This document shows, in pieces, positions 34,524-44,597 of a stretch of 64,000 nt of DNA (position 1 is the first letter of the stretch; every line of letters starts with the position of its first letter). This DNA comes from Microthrixaceae bacterium (GTDB lineage: Bacteria; Actinomycetota; Acidimicrobiia; Acidimicrobiales; Microtrichaceae): NCBI GenBank assembly GCA_020845705.1, contig JADLFH010000076.1, forward strand, positions 32,277 to 96,276, given 5' to 3'. A model generated the notes under the pieces. That model saw nothing but the letters and a program-made list of their open reading frames with translations. It was not told the origin of the DNA and did not search any database. The translations under genes were made by a program, and so were the position numbers.

Positions 34524-35600
34524 ATGCTGGCACAACGACCGTCCGGTCGGTCAGGCTCGCGGATCGTGTCGAGACCGATCCTGCCGCTGGAACCCCAACA
34601 GGCGCTGGTCGTCACGGGTTCGGAGAACTGGAACCCCGACGACCGGACGCTGGGCCGCGCCGCAATCCACCCGCTCCAGGTCCTCACTGCCGATGGCGTC
34701 CGCCCGGTGCACCGACTGGACAGCCTCGGCGTGCACGGCATCCGCGACCTGGTCGCGATCGACGACGACCACGTCGCGATCACCACCGGACACGACCTCG
34801 TCGTGCTGGATCTCGACACCGGGCTGATCGAAGAGTGGGACCTTCCCGAAGCCGCTGATCTGCATGAGCTCGCCGCAACCTCACACGGGTTGGTGGCGGC
34901 CAACACCGGACACGACGAGGGACTCGTCATCACCCTCGACGGGTTGATCGTCAGACGTATCGGTCTTGACGGGTACCGGCACGCATCCGCCCAGCCGATC
35001 GCACACGATCGACCCCTCGGCGGCATACTCCCAGGCGGACCAAAACCCATCCGCGATGACCACTTCCACTTCAACCAGCTGGCCGTCGGCCATGACGACC
35101 ACCTCCTTGCGGTGGTGCACCACTCGACCGGCTACCGACCCACGGTCCACCTGCGACAGCGCCTCACCGGCCACGGGGACGGAGCCGTCATAGACACCGA
35201 CGCTGGGCGTGTCCACCGTCTCGGCCTACGCGCCCCACACAGCCTTCGGCGAACCCCCGAGGGTGGTTATGCGATCCTCGACAGCGGTCGATCGGAGCTG
35301 GTGGTCTACGGGGCCGACTGGACTGAACTGCACCGCTGGTCGAGCCACGGTTGGGGCCGCGGCCTCGCGCTGGGTGCCTCCGTCTGGTACGCGGGTGTAT
35401 CGCCGACCCGAAAGCGCTACCTCAACCCCGGCGAGGCGAGCGGATCCGCAGCAGTGATCGCGATCGATCCGAACTCCGGCGCCCAGCTGGGACGCTGGGA
35501 CGTCGACGGAGTGGAACAAGTGTGGTCGGTCCACCTCATCGACGAGACGACCGCCAATCGACTGACCGCGCTCGACAACCTCGATACGCCCTTGTCCTGA
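34524..35600 (+). CDS. hypothetical protein (repeat-rich, possibly beta-propeller-like)
   Basis: 358-aa ORF with coding-like composition and recurring 'H..L..........D..G' strands. Family not recognised. Confidence 0.6.
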   Translation: MLAQRPSGRSGSRIVSRPILPLEPQQALVVTGSENWNPDDRTLGRAAIHPLQVLTADGVRPVHRLDSLGVHGIRDLVAIDDDHVAITTGHDLVVLDLDTGLIEEWDLPEAADLHELAATSHGLVAANTGHDEGLVITLDGLIVRRIGLDGYRHASAQPIAHDRPLGGILPGGPKPIRDDHFHFNQLAVGHDDHLLAVVHHSTGYRPTVHLRQRLTGHGDGAVIDTDAGRVHRLGLRAPHSLRRTPEGGYAILDSGRSELVVYGADWTELHRWSSHGWGRGLALGASVWYAGVSPTRKRYLNPGEASGSAAVIAIDPNSGAQLGRWDVDGVEQVWSVHLIDETTANRLTALDNLDTPLS

Positions 35601-35614
35601 TGTCAGGTTGCCGC

Positions 35615-36064
35615 TCAGGCTGGATGGTGAGGCACCACGATCACGGGACAGGGAGCATGACGCACCACATGCTGCATCGCGGATCCCTCGAGGAGCCGCC
35701 GGAACCAGCCCTTCTCGCTCTCCCCCATCACGATCACATCTGCGTTCCGTTCAACAGCCGTCTGGCAGATCGCTTCGCCGACATCGGCAGCGGAAACCAC
35801 CAGATGGGCGGCTGGGGTCCCCAGAGCTTCCTCGGTCTTGTTGATGATCTCCTCACCGTGCGCGACCTGCTGCTCGTGGATCTGCTTCACCTCCGCAGCG
35901 GTGAACAGCGGCCCCTCGAACCCGCCGGCCATCGCCATGGGGTCCTCCTCGAGCGGCACGACGTGCACGAGCGCAAGCTCGGCCTCTCCGGCGAGCAGCC
36001 GCAACGCCGAGCGAGCCGCCTCCAACGCCGCCTCTGATCCGTCCGTTGCGATCACGACCTGCAT
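35615..36064 (-). CDS. universal stress protein (UspA family)
   Basis: 'MQVVIATDGSEAALEAARSA...', 'ADVIVMGESEKG' and 'GSAMQHVVRHAPCPVIVV' are Usp motifs. Start at ATG 36064. Confidence 0.85.
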   Translation of the reverse strand: MQVVIATDGSEAALEAARSALRLLAGEAELALVHVVPLEEDPMAMAGGFEGPLFTAAEVKQIHEQQVAHGEEIINKTEEALGTPAAHLVVSAADVGEAICQTAVERNADVIVMGESEKGWFRRLLEGSAMQHVVRHAPCPVIVVPHHPA

Positions 36065-36261
36065 ACGTCGAACGTACCCGATCAAGCCACAGACGGGTCG
36101 GTCGGCCGGAAGACCAGCGACACCCGTTGCCACGCTCAGCGATCAGGGGCCGGAGGGTACCTGTGTCAGTGAGGCGCTGCCCACGGACACCGGCGGGTGG
36201 GGAGGGAAGGTCGGCACCCCCCGACTACCCGGATCGCTTACAGGTCGATGATTGCCCAGTG

Positions 36262-36291
36262 CGGTAAGAACAGCCCGGAGATCCGGTAAGA
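36262..36291 (+). promoter_or_regulatory. direct repeat CGGTAAGA x2, spaced 22 bp, upstream of the response-regulator gene
   Basis: CGGTAAGA occurs at 36262 and 36284, which is 51-80 bp upstream of GTG 36342. Confidence 0.35.
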
Positions 36292-36341
36292 CTTGAGTGA
36301 GAAGCGACCGCCAAGCCGGACCATGGGCTTACGTTGGAGTC

Positions 36342-37022
36342 GTGAGTTCCACAGTTCTGATCGCTGAAGACGATCGTGCGGTCCGAGGTGCCCTCATCCG
36401 CGCGCTCGAGCTGGAGGGCTATCGGGTGATGGCGGTCCCCGATGGTGCAGCCGCTCTCGAGACGCTGGAGTTGGAGCAACCCGATGTCGTGATCCTCGAC
36501 GTGATGATGCCGAACGTCGACGGGTTGAGCGTCTGTCGCCGAATGCGTAGCCGCGGTGACCACACCCCCGTGCTGATGCTCACTGCCCGAGTGGAGGTCG
36601 CGGATCGGGTCTCCGGCCTCGACGCGGGCGCCGACGACTACCTGCCCAAGCCGTTCGCGATGGACGAGCTCCTCGCTCGGCTACGCGCTCTCATCCGGCG
36701 AAGCGTGATCGACGCCGAACCCACCGAGTTGGTCATCGACGACCTCCGCATTGACGAGTCCGCTCGCCGCGCCTGGCGGGGTGACCGCGAGTTGGACCTC
36801 ACCAAGACGGAGTTCGACCTCCTCCAGGCGCTCGCCCGCAACGCCGGCATCGTGCTGACTCATAGCCGCATCTACGACTTGGTGTGGGGCTACGACTTCG
36901 GGCCCGAGTCCAAGTCCCTCGCGGTCTACATCGGCTATCTCCGTCGCAAGACCGAGGAAGGCGGTGAAGATCGGCTCCTCCACACTGTCCGAGGCGTCGG
37001 CTACACGTTGAGAGCACCGTGA
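36342..37022 (+). CDS. OmpR/PhoB-family response regulator
   Basis: 'VLIAEDD', 'DVVILDVMMPNVDG', 'LPKPF' and the wHTH 'LHTVRGVGYTL'. GTG 36342 chosen; GTG 36297 is possible. Confidence 0.9.
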   Translation: MSSTVLIAEDDRAVRGALIRALELEGYRVMAVPDGAAALETLELEQPDVVILDVMMPNVDGLSVCRRMRSRGDHTPVLMLTARVEVADRVSGLDAGADDYLPKPFAMDELLARLRALIRRSVIDAEPTELVIDDLRIDESARRAWRGDRELDLTKTEFDLLQALARNAGIVLTHSRIYDLVWGYDFGPESKSLAVYIGYLRRKTEEGGEDRLLHTVRGVGYTLRAP

Positions 37023-38401
37023 ACCTTCGGGCCCGCCTTGCCTTGTGGATGGGCGCACTCGCCGCCGCGGTTGCGATCGCTGTGGCGATCACCGGCTACC
37101 AGGCCACATCGGGAAGACTGCGAACCGAGGTCGACTCGTCGCTCACCGAGTACGCACGCCGCCTCGAAGGACCCGACGCAACACTCGCCAGTGACCTCTG
37201 CCGAAGCGTCGGCGCGGTCGCGGGACGATGGCGAACCTCGGACCGAAATCCCCTCCTCGCATTGCCCGGCGCCACCATCCAGTGCCTCGGCCCCGACGGC
37301 GAGGTGATCGCCCGTGCCGTGGACGGTGCCCTTCCGGTCAACGACCTCGACCGCGCCGCCGCGGCGGGAGCCATGCGAACCTCCTTCACCCGCACGATCA
37401 GCGGCTCCTCGGGGATCACCGCCCGCATGATCACGATCCCCGTGAACGGCGGGGCGGTTCAACTCGCCCGGACGACGGTGGAGACCGAACGGGTGCTGGC
37501 AGCGCTGCGGATCCGCTACCTCCTGCTGGTCGCAGGAATCACCGCAGTGGCAGCCGCGGCGGGAGCGGCCATCGCGCGACGGGTAACAAGCCCGGTCCTC
37601 ACCCTCACAGACATCACCGAACGTATCGCTGCCGAGGCACGGCTCGACCTCGACGTGCCGCCGAACGACGGAACCGACGAGGTCGGTCGGTTGTCCCGTT
37701 CCTTCGCCGGGATGCTCGACGCACTTCGCCGGTCACGAAGCCAACAGCAAAACCTCGTGCAAGACGCCGGCCACGAGCTCCGAACTCCGCTCACCAGCCT
37801 GCGAGCCAACGTGGACACTCTCCGCCGACATCCCGACCTCGGCGGAGCTGCCCGTGACGAGCTGTTGGCCGACTTGGATTCGGAGCTCCGTGAGCTGACC
37901 ACGCTCACGAACGAGCTGGTGAACCTTGCGGCGGATGTCAGTCCCGACGAGGCACCCACCGAGGTGGATCTCGCCGAAGTCGTGTCCAGATCGGCCGCAA
38001 GGGTGCGGCGCCGCACCGGCCGAGAAGTCAGAGTCGAGCAGACACCGGCACCGCTGCTGGGCCGGCCGCGTCAGCTGGCCCGCATGGTTGACAACCTGCT
38101 CGACAACGCTGCGAAGTTCTCCCCCGAAGGCTTGCCGATCGAGGTCACGATTCGCCCGGGTCTCCTGGCAGTCCGCGACCACGGCAGCGGAATAATGCCC
38201 AAAGACATGCCCCACGTGTTCGAGCGCTTCTACCGATCGGCTGAGGCACGCGCTACGAACGGTTCTGGCCTCGGGCTCGCCATCGTCAGGGAGATCGCGG
38301 CTCGTCACGGCGGAACGGTCAGCGCCATGAACCATCCCGAGGGCGGTGCCGGCATCGTGGTGAGGCTGCCGGTGGGGTCGACACCTGGCGGCGTCGAGTA
38401 G
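37019..38401 (+). CDS. sensor histidine kinase (TM-HAMP-HisKA-HATPase)
   Basis: H-box 'AGHELRTPLTSL', N-box 'DNLLDNAAKF' and G-box 'GSGLGLAIV'. The start overlaps the response-regulator stop (GTGA). Confidence 0.9.
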   Translation: MNLRARLALWMGALAAAVAIAVAITGYQATSGRLRTEVDSSLTEYARRLEGPDATLASDLCRSVGAVAGRWRTSDRNPLLALPGATIQCLGPDGEVIARAVDGALPVNDLDRAAAAGAMRTSFTRTISGSSGITARMITIPVNGGAVQLARTTVETERVLAALRIRYLLLVAGITAVAAAAGAAIARRVTSPVLTLTDITERIAAEARLDLDVPPNDGTDEVGRLSRSFAGMLDALRRSRSQQQNLVQDAGHELRTPLTSLRANVDTLRRHPDLGGAARDELLADLDSELRELTTLTNELVNLAADVSPDEAPTEVDLAEVVSRSAARVRRRTGREVRVEQTPAPLLGRPRQLARMVDNLLDNAAKFSPEGLPIEVTIRPGLLAVRDHGSGIMPKDMPHVFERFYRSAEARATNGSGLGLAIVREIAARHGGTVSAMNHPEGGAGIVVRLPVGSTPGGVE

Positions 38402-38424
38402 CCGGCAGAGCCACGGAGGAGGGC

Positions 38425-39231
38425 TCAGTTGACCGTCGTCGTGGTCGTGTCCTTGCCGCCCTCGACATCGTCGGGACCATGACCGCCCCTGTGGCCACCA
38501 CCAAGCTCACCGATCCAAGGCATCTTGGGCAGATCCCGATTGACCATCGCCTCCACCGCTTCACGCAGCCGGCTCTCGGTGGGCGGATCCACCCCCTCGG
38601 GCAGATCCATCTCCTCGATGGTTTCGGTGATCGACTTGACCATCTTGTCGATCACCGTCTGAACGTCAACGCCCTTCTCCTTGGCCACATCCGCGATCGA
38701 GGATCCGTCACGAAGGGCCGTTCGTAGATCATCCAGCGAGATACCAAGGGCTGAGGCGGCAGCGTCCAACTTGGTCCCGAACAGCCCACGGCCGCCCCGA
38801 TGGCGCTCACCCATACCCGAGCGGCGCTCGAAGGGTCGATGCTCGGGTGCCGCCTCCACAAGGCGTTTCACCACAGCATCACGCTGTGCGTCGGTGATGG
38901 TGCCGTCGTCCACCAGCGGCTGGAGCATTTCACTGAGACGCTTGGTCCGCGCCTCGACGCGTTCAGCCGCCCGGTCCTTGTGAGATCCGTCCTTGTCGGA
39001 TCCGTCCTTGTCGGTCGCGCCGGCAACGGTCGTGGTTGTGGCTGCCTGCGCGACACTGGAACGGGTCGTCTCGCCGGCACCGTTGATCACGAAACCAGCA
39101 GCCACGCCGGTCAGTCCGAGCGTCACCGTGCCCGCGGCAAGCCCCACGCGCCAACGGTTCGGACGTGACGGCGATTCGACCGTCTCGGTTATCGACTCGA
39201 CCTGCTCATACCACTGCCGCTGCTGTTCCAT
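38425..39231 (-). CDS. membrane-anchored extracytoplasmic hypothetical protein
   Basis: TM segment 'WRVGLAAGTVTLGLTGVAAGFVI', 'DKDGSDKDGSHKD' repeat, helical Asp/Glu-rich body with one degenerate LTxxQ-like 'ITDAQ', and a Gly/His-rich tail. Confidence 0.7.
   Translation of the reverse strand: MEQQRQWYEQVESITETVESPSRPNRWRVGLAAGTVTLGLTGVAAGFVINGAGETTRSSVAQAATTTTVAGATDKDGSDKDGSHKDRAAERVEARTKRLSEMLQPLVDDGTITDAQRDAVVKRLVEAAPEHRPFERRSGMGERHRGGRGLFGTKLDAAASALGISLDDLRTALRDGSSIADVAKEKGVDVQTVIDKMVKSITETIEEMDLPEGVDPPTESRLREAVEAMVNRDLPKMPWIGELGGGHRGGHGPDDVEGGKDTTTTTVN
38971..39013. repeat. 15-bp in-frame tandem repeat encoding DKDGS units
   Basis: GATCCGTCCTTGTCG occurs twice, preceded by a degenerate copy, inside gene 38425..39231. 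Confidence 0.8.
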
Positions 39232-39248
39232 GAGAGCAGTGTGAAACA

Positions 39249-39282
39249 GCCAGGTAAGAGCACGTCCAGAGCCAGGTGAGAA
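39249..39282 (+). promoter_or_regulatory. direct repeat GCCAGGT(A/G)AGA x2, spaced 22 bp, upstream of the membrane-protein gene 38425..39231(-)
   Basis: GCCAGGTAAGAG occurs at 39249 and GCCAGGTGAGAA at 39271. They share the GGT(A/G)AGA core and 22-bp spacing of the 36262 repeat. Confidence 0.35.
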
Positions 39283-39436
39283 TCCAAACGAAGGCGCGGG
39301 CGCGGCCGGATGGTTGGCGAGCGACAGAACCGACGGTGGTCGCCGATAGCTCGGCGAATCTCACCAACCTGCGTACGTTTCCGTCGCTGGACGCCGGATC
39401 CGTACGCAAGTCCGCCTTGGACCAATTGCGTCTAGG

Positions 39437-40054
39437 TCAGGGAAGCGCCACCACGACAGTCCCGACTGGTGCCCACATGTAGAGAAACGCCGCGTCGCCG
39501 ATCCATTGGCGCACGCAGCCGTGCGAACGGGGTGTCCCCAACTGGAACACCGTCTGGAGCGGACGCCGGCCCTGCGTGGGAATCGAATGGAACCCGATGG
39601 CCAGGCTTCGCCCGCGGGCGAAGCGAACCATGTACTCCATCCGGGCGGACCCCGAGAAGGCATGCCGGCTCTTGGAGTACACCCGATACACCCCGACGGC
39701 GGGTGTGCCGCGCCGGCCCGACACCAGGTGGGACTTCACCAGTCGATCCTGCTCGTCGACCAACCAGACACGCTGCCAACGGTTCGAGTAGACGATGCGC
39801 TTGCCCGAGCCGGAGTTCGGTGGCACCAAAGCACGGAGGAAGGCGTCGATCTGCTCTTGGCTCGGCGGCGAGGGGACTGCCGGCTGTGGCGGCTCGACCG
39901 GAGCAGGCACGACGGTGGTGGTAGTCGTGGTAGTCGGTGCCGTCACAGTGGTCGACGTTGATTCCTGTGGAGTCGGCCCGGTTTGGGCACCCGCTGTGGC
40001 GGGAAACGTCAGCCCAACCACGCAGAGGCCCGGAATCAGGAACTTCGCACGCAT
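39437..40054 (-). CDS. L,D-transpeptidase (YkuD domain)
   Basis: Signal peptide 'MRAKFLIPGLCVVGLTFPATAGA', Thr/Pro linker and catalytic 'FHSIP...GTPRSHGCVRQ'. Confidence 0.85.
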   Translation of the reverse strand: MRAKFLIPGLCVVGLTFPATAGAQTGPTPQESTSTTVTAPTTTTTTTVVPAPVEPPQPAVPSPPSQEQIDAFLRALVPPNSGSGKRIVYSNRWQRVWLVDEQDRLVKSHLVSGRRGTPAVGVYRVYSKSRHAFSGSARMEYMVRFARGRSLAIGFHSIPTQGRRPLQTVFQLGTPRSHGCVRQWIGDAAFLYMWAPVGTVVVALP

Positions 40055-40117
40055 TCGAGCAACGCTACAGGCGGTTCCAGCACCTACCTCCCTCCCCGGA
40101 TCGTACTGTTGCCGTCC

Positions 40118-42490
40118 ATGTCGAGGACCGGGCACAGGACGGATCCGCAACTCGGTCTGAGCGCGTTGGAGGTCGCATCACGGGTCGAGTCGGGTCTGGC
40201 AAACACGGTGCCCGACTCACCCTCGCGCAGCGTCTCGGAGATCCTCCGGGCGAACCTTCTCACGAGGTTCAACGCGTTGATGTGCACGTTGTTGGCGATC
40301 GTGTTGGTCTGTCGTGCCTACAAGGACGCTCTGTTCGGCGGGGTTGTCCTGGCAAACGCGGTGATCGGAGTGGTGCAGGAGATCAGGGCCAAGCGGACAC
40401 TGGATCGCCTGGCGGTTCTTTCCACCCCACGCGCTGTGGTGGTGCGTGAGGGCACGGTACGTGAACACCACCTGAGCGAACTGGTTCTCGACGACATCAT
40501 CGAGCTCCGACTGGGCATGCAGGTGGTCGCCGACGCCGAAGTGTCGGTGGCTAACCGCCTGGAGGTCGACGAGTCGTTGCTCACCGGGGAGTCCGACCCC
40601 GTCGTCAAGGAGATCGGAGACGACCTGTTGTCGGGGAGCTTCGTCGTGGCCGGCTCGGGCCGTGCCCAGGTGACCAAGGTGGGAGCGGACGCCTACGCGG
40701 CCCGACTAGCGGAGGAGGCAAGACGGTTCACCCTGGCCCGAAGCGAACTGCGCGCCTCGATGGATCGCATCATCACCAAGGTGAGCTGGGCGCTTGTCCC
40801 AACCGGAGCAGTGCTGTTCTGGAGCCAACTACGCGACGGCCAAAGATCGATCCGCGAGTCACTCGTCTCCGCCACGGGCGGGGTCGTCGCGATGGTGCCC
40901 GAAGGTCTGATCCTGCTCACCTCCGTCGCGTTCGCCGTCGGGGTTGTCCGACTGGCCCGTCACCGGACTCTCGTGCAAGAGCTCCCGGCGATCGAGACTC
41001 TGGCGAGAGTCGACATCGTGTGCCTCGACAAGACCGGCACCATCACCGAAGGAGCGATGGATGTCACCGAGATCCGGCCGCTCGCTGCCGGCACCGGCGA
41101 TGACTGCATCGTCGAGAACGCGCTCGCAGCGCTGTCCTGGTCCGAACCGAACCCGAACGCAACCCAGCTCGCGCTGCGGACCAGACTGCCGGAACTCCCC
41201 AGGGCCTGGATCGAGGAGAGCTCGCTTCCATTCAGCTCGGAACGCAAGTGGAGCGCGATGAGCTTCGCCGGGCGCGGCACGTTCGTACTCGGAGCTCCGG
41301 AGATGGTTGCCACCGGGCCACTGTGGGAATCGATCCGCGCCGAGGTCGAAGCAGAAGCCGAGGCCGGCAGGCGGGTCCTGGTCCTTGCGTCGGGCGACAA
41401 CCCCCCCGTCGGTGATGCCCTACCGGTGGACCTGCGCCTGCGGGCGCTCGTGCTCATCGAGGATCGGATACGCGCCGACGCTGCTGAGACCCTGTCCTTT
41501 TTCGAGGAGCAGGGGGTGACGCTGAAGGTCATCTCTGGTGACAACCCCAAGACGGTGGCCGCGGTCGCGAAACGCGCCGGATTGGCGGACGCCGAGAACC
41601 AGATGGACGCCCGCGACCTACCCCCGGTGGATGACATCGACTCGCTGGGGCGTGCGGTGGACGCAACAACCGTGTTCGGGCGGGTGAGTCCTCACCAAAA
41701 GCGCGCAATGGTCCGAGCCCTGCAGGCCCGGCACCACGTCGTTGCCATGACCGGCGACGGCGTCAACGACGTGTTGGCACTCAAGGACGCCGATGTCGGG
41801 ATCGCGATGGCGTCGGGATCCGACGCGACCCGCGCCGTGGCCCAACTGGTGCTGTTGGACTCGAACTTCTCCGGCCTACCCCACGTTGTGGTGGAGGGGC
41901 GTCGTGTCATCAACAACCTCCAGCGGGTTGCCGGCCTGTTCCTCACGAAGACCACCTACGCGCTGCTGATAGCGCTTGTCACCGGCGTATCGACGCTCGC
42001 CTATCCGTTCCTTCCACGGCACCTGACACTCGTCGGCACAGTGGCGATCGGTATCCCGTCGTTCTTCCTCGCGCTGGCACCATCCACCGAAAGGATCCAG
42101 GGCAACTTCCTGAGGTCGGTCGCCCTGGTGTCCATCCCCTCGGGGATCGTCGCCGCCGCGGCGACGATGACGGGATACGTGATTGCTCAGAACACCGACG
42201 GCGTGGCGTTACCACAGCAGCGGACCACGGCCGTACTGGTCCTGGCGGGGGTTTCGCTGCTGGTCGTGGTACGCACTGCACGTCCGTTCCTTCCGTGGAA
42301 GGCCGCGATGGTCGGGGTCCTCGGCGTGACGTTGCTGCTCTCGATCGTCACTCCCGTGGGCAGGCGTTACTTCGAACTCGAACTCCCCCCGGGAGGTCTG
42401 ATCTGGATCGTGGTGGGACTGGTGGCAGCGAGCGCGTGGCTTCTCGTTCTGGCGCGCGTCCTCATTCAGCGGCTTCGTTGGGCAACGTGA
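40118..42490 (+). CDS. cation-transporting P-type ATPase (HAD-IC family)
   Basis: 'LTGESDPV', 'CLDKTGTITEG' and 'MTGDGVNDVLALKDADVGIAM', with about 10 TM segments. Start at ATG 40118. Confidence 0.9.
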   Translation: MSRTGHRTDPQLGLSALEVASRVESGLANTVPDSPSRSVSEILRANLLTRFNALMCTLLAIVLVCRAYKDALFGGVVLANAVIGVVQEIRAKRTLDRLAVLSTPRAVVVREGTVREHHLSELVLDDIIELRLGMQVVADAEVSVANRLEVDESLLTGESDPVVKEIGDDLLSGSFVVAGSGRAQVTKVGADAYAARLAEEARRFTLARSELRASMDRIITKVSWALVPTGAVLFWSQLRDGQRSIRESLVSATGGVVAMVPEGLILLTSVAFAVGVVRLARHRTLVQELPAIETLARVDIVCLDKTGTITEGAMDVTEIRPLAAGTGDDCIVENALAALSWSEPNPNATQLALRTRLPELPRAWIEESSLPFSSERKWSAMSFAGRGTFVLGAPEMVATGPLWESIRAEVEAEAEAGRRVLVLASGDNPPVGDALPVDLRLRALVLIEDRIRADAAETLSFFEEQGVTLKVISGDNPKTVAAVAKRAGLADAENQMDARDLPPVDDIDSLGRAVDATTVFGRVSPHQKRAMVRALQARHHVVAMTGDGVNDVLALKDADVGIAMASGSDATRAVAQLVLLDSNFSGLPHVVVEGRRVINNLQRVAGLFLTKTTYALLIALVTGVSTLAYPFLPRHLTLVGTVAIGIPSFFLALAPSTERIQGNFLRSVALVSIPSGIVAAAATMTGYVIAQNTDGVALPQQRTTAVLVLAGVSLLVVVRTARPFLPWKAAMVGVLGVTLLLSIVTPVGRRYFELELPPGGLIWIVVGLVAASAWLLVLARVLIQRLRWAT

Positions 42491-42986
42491 GGGCCGAATG
42501 CTGATCGCCGGTCGCCGCGAACGCACGGCCCAACAGTCCGCCGCGCGGCTTCAGCAGGTCGGCAAGGTCGTCCACCGGCTCGACAGGTTTCTCCGGCTCG
42601 ACGTTCGGCGAGCGCTCACCGGCGAAATCCGGTTCGTCGGAGCCGGTTTCGTCTGTTTCCGAATCCCTTTCGACGACAGAGAAGTCGAGCATCGGCTCCT
42701 CGAAGCTCCCCCAGCGTCGCCGGGGCATCCGGGGGGTTCGCGAAGCGCGCTCGGCAGACACGGCGGCCGGCGCCTCGGACAGGATCGTGGTCTGCGCTCC
42801 CCTCCTGTCGACCACAACCCAGCCCCTCGGCGGAGACAACCGCTCGGCGTGCTCGACGCACAAGACCTGAGCGGACCTATCTGCGACGACGATCGGATCG
42901 AGCCACAGCTGGCACGACACAGGGTCGTAGTGGATCGTGACGGCGGCGACGTTTGCGCATCCGGGCCGCCTGCACGAGCCGGTCAT
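42462..42986 (-). CDS. DUF3499 domain-containing protein
   Basis: 'CRRPGCANVAAVTIHYDPVSCQLWLDP...LCVEHAERLSPPRGW' is typical of the actinobacterial DUF3499 family. It overlaps the ATPase 3' end by 29 bp (convergent). Confidence 0.8.
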   Translation of the reverse strand: MTGSCRRPGCANVAAVTIHYDPVSCQLWLDPIVVADRSAQVLCVEHAERLSPPRGWVVVDRRGAQTTILSEAPAAVSAERASRTPRMPRRRWGSFEEPMLDFSVVERDSETDETGSDEPDFAGERSPNVEPEKPVEPVDDLADLLKPRGGLLGRAFAATGDQHSALTLPNEAAE

Positions 42987-43017
42987 GGGCCAACGCTATC
43001 GAGCCGGGACACCTGCC

Positions 43018-43773
43018 TCACGCACCGACACCCGCGCGGGATCGCAGGTGCATTTCGCTGATCTCGACGCGGGCCGGCATCTCCAGAGCGCCCATCACGC
43101 AGTCGGCGATATCCACCGCATCCGGCACCGACCTGCCACTCTCGCCCGGACCGTCGCCTGCGGAGGCCCCCACATGGATCGTCGAAACCCGCACGCCGCT
43201 GCCCTCCACCTCACGCCGCGTCTCATCCGCGAGGGACCTCACACCGGCCCGGGTCATCGCGTACTGCGTGTCACCTGGTTCGGCCGTCGGGTTCACGAAG
43301 ACGATGTGGCCCCCTCCCTCGCGCAGGCTCGGAAGCAATTGCTGGGTCATCAGATAGGGCCCGCGAAGGTTGACGAGGTACTGCTCGTCGAGATCGGCGA
43401 CGACCCCCCCATCGACACCGTGGCGGACGTGGACGTCGGCCGTGTGGACCAGGACGTCGACCGGTCGGTCGAACCGGGTGATGAAGTCCGCGGCTCCTGA
43501 CACCTCCGACACACTCCCGAGATCGCACTGGAGGAACAGGATCGACGCGGTCGACCCAGCGGAGCTCACCGTCTCGCGGAGATCGGCGACATCTCGATCC
43601 AGAACGCAGACCCGCGCGCCGGCATCGGCCAGGGAGAGGGCGACCGCCCGGCCGACGGACCCACCACCGCCGGTTACCACCGCGACCTTGCCATCGAGTG
43701 GTTGGAGATCGTTGCCGTCGTCGAGCACTGACGCCGCCGCGCGATGCGAACCACCGGCCGCCTCACCCGTCAT
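43018..43773 (-). CDS. SDR family oxidoreductase
   Basis: 'KVAVVTGGGGSVGRAVALSLADAG' (TGxxxGxG) and 'YAMTRAG' (YxxxK-like region). Confidence 0.85.
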   Translation of the reverse strand: MTGEAAGGSHRAAASVLDDGNDLQPLDGKVAVVTGGGGSVGRAVALSLADAGARVCVLDRDVADLRETVSSAGSTASILFLQCDLGSVSEVSGAADFITRFDRPVDVLVHTADVHVRHGVDGGVVADLDEQYLVNLRGPYLMTQQLLPSLREGGGHIVFVNPTAEPGDTQYAMTRAGVRSLADETRREVEGSGVRVSTIHVGASAGDGPGESGRSVPDAVDIADCVMGALEMPARVEISEMHLRSRAGVGA

Positions 43774-43870
43774 CGCGCACCCCTCTCATCAACCGCCGCC
43801 CTCTCTCCGCCGTGATCCGGAGGGTACCCAGTGCTCCTCCGCCCGGCAACGCACGGAGAAGTACATCTGC

Positions 43871-44575
43871 TCAACAGCGGCGCGCGGTGACAACCAGTGG
43901 GCGATGGTCGCTGACCCCCACCGCGGGAATCTCAGCGTCGCCAAGGCTCAGACCGGCCGCGGCTATCCAGTCGATTGACCTCTTCGGGCGGTCCGCGGGA
44001 AACGTGGCGCCCGCGTCAACCCACCGAAACCCGGTGTCACGGAGAAGCGGAACCACGCTGTCGGACTCCAGGTTCAGGTCTCCCATCAGGACCAGCGGTG
44101 GCCGACACCCTGCGAGGACCGAGAGCACTGCTTCAAGTTGGCGGATCGCCGGCGTCCCACCCGCGCTCCGCCGGCGCTCGTCGAGGTGGGTCGCCGCCAC
44201 GGTCAGTCGGGTCCCGCCGACGAGGACAACCTCCGCCAACAGCGCCCTGCGCGGCCGGGCCGCTCCACTTCCCGGGAGCTCGACGACCACAGGATCGAGT
44301 AGCTGACCGCGCACCAACAGTGCGTTGCCGAACCGTCCCAACGCCCAGTGCGTCCAGTTCGGCAAGAAGCACCATTCCGCTCCGACTGCCGCGGCGATCC
44401 ATGCCGACTGGTTCACGAAGAAGGATCTCACGGCGGCTGCGTCCACTTCCTGTAGCGCCAGCACGTCGGCTCGCAGGCTCACACACGCTTCGGCGGCGCG
44501 GCCGATCCGAGCGAAGTGCCCGGGCGGCGCAGCATGTCGAAGGTTGAAGGTGGCCAGCCGGAAGGAGTCGCCCAC
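43871..44575 (-). CDS. endonuclease/exonuclease/phosphatase (EEP) family protein
   Basis: 'FRLATFNLRH', 'VLALQEV', 'VLMGDLN' and 'SDHRP' are EEP motifs. Confidence 0.8.
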   Translation of the reverse strand: MGDSFRLATFNLRHAAPPGHFARIGRAAEACVSLRADVLALQEVDAAAVRSFFVNQSAWIAAAVGAEWCFLPNWTHWALGRFGNALLVRGQLLDPVVVELPGSGAARPRRALLAEVVLVGGTRLTVAATHLDERRRSAGGTPAIRQLEAVLSVLAGCRPPLVLMGDLNLESDSVVPLLRDTGFRWVDAGATFPADRPKRSIDWIAAAGLSLGDAEIPAVGVSDHRPLVVTARRC

Positions 44576-44597
44576 TGAAGCTCAGATCGTCTCCGGC

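Noticed and set aside
36065-36341. The 277-bp Usp/response-regulator intergenic region considered as a possible ncRNA gene.
   Set aside because: I could not see any recognisable conserved RNA motif such as 6S, SRP, RNase P or a riboswitch core. Only the direct-repeat operator candidates were retained.
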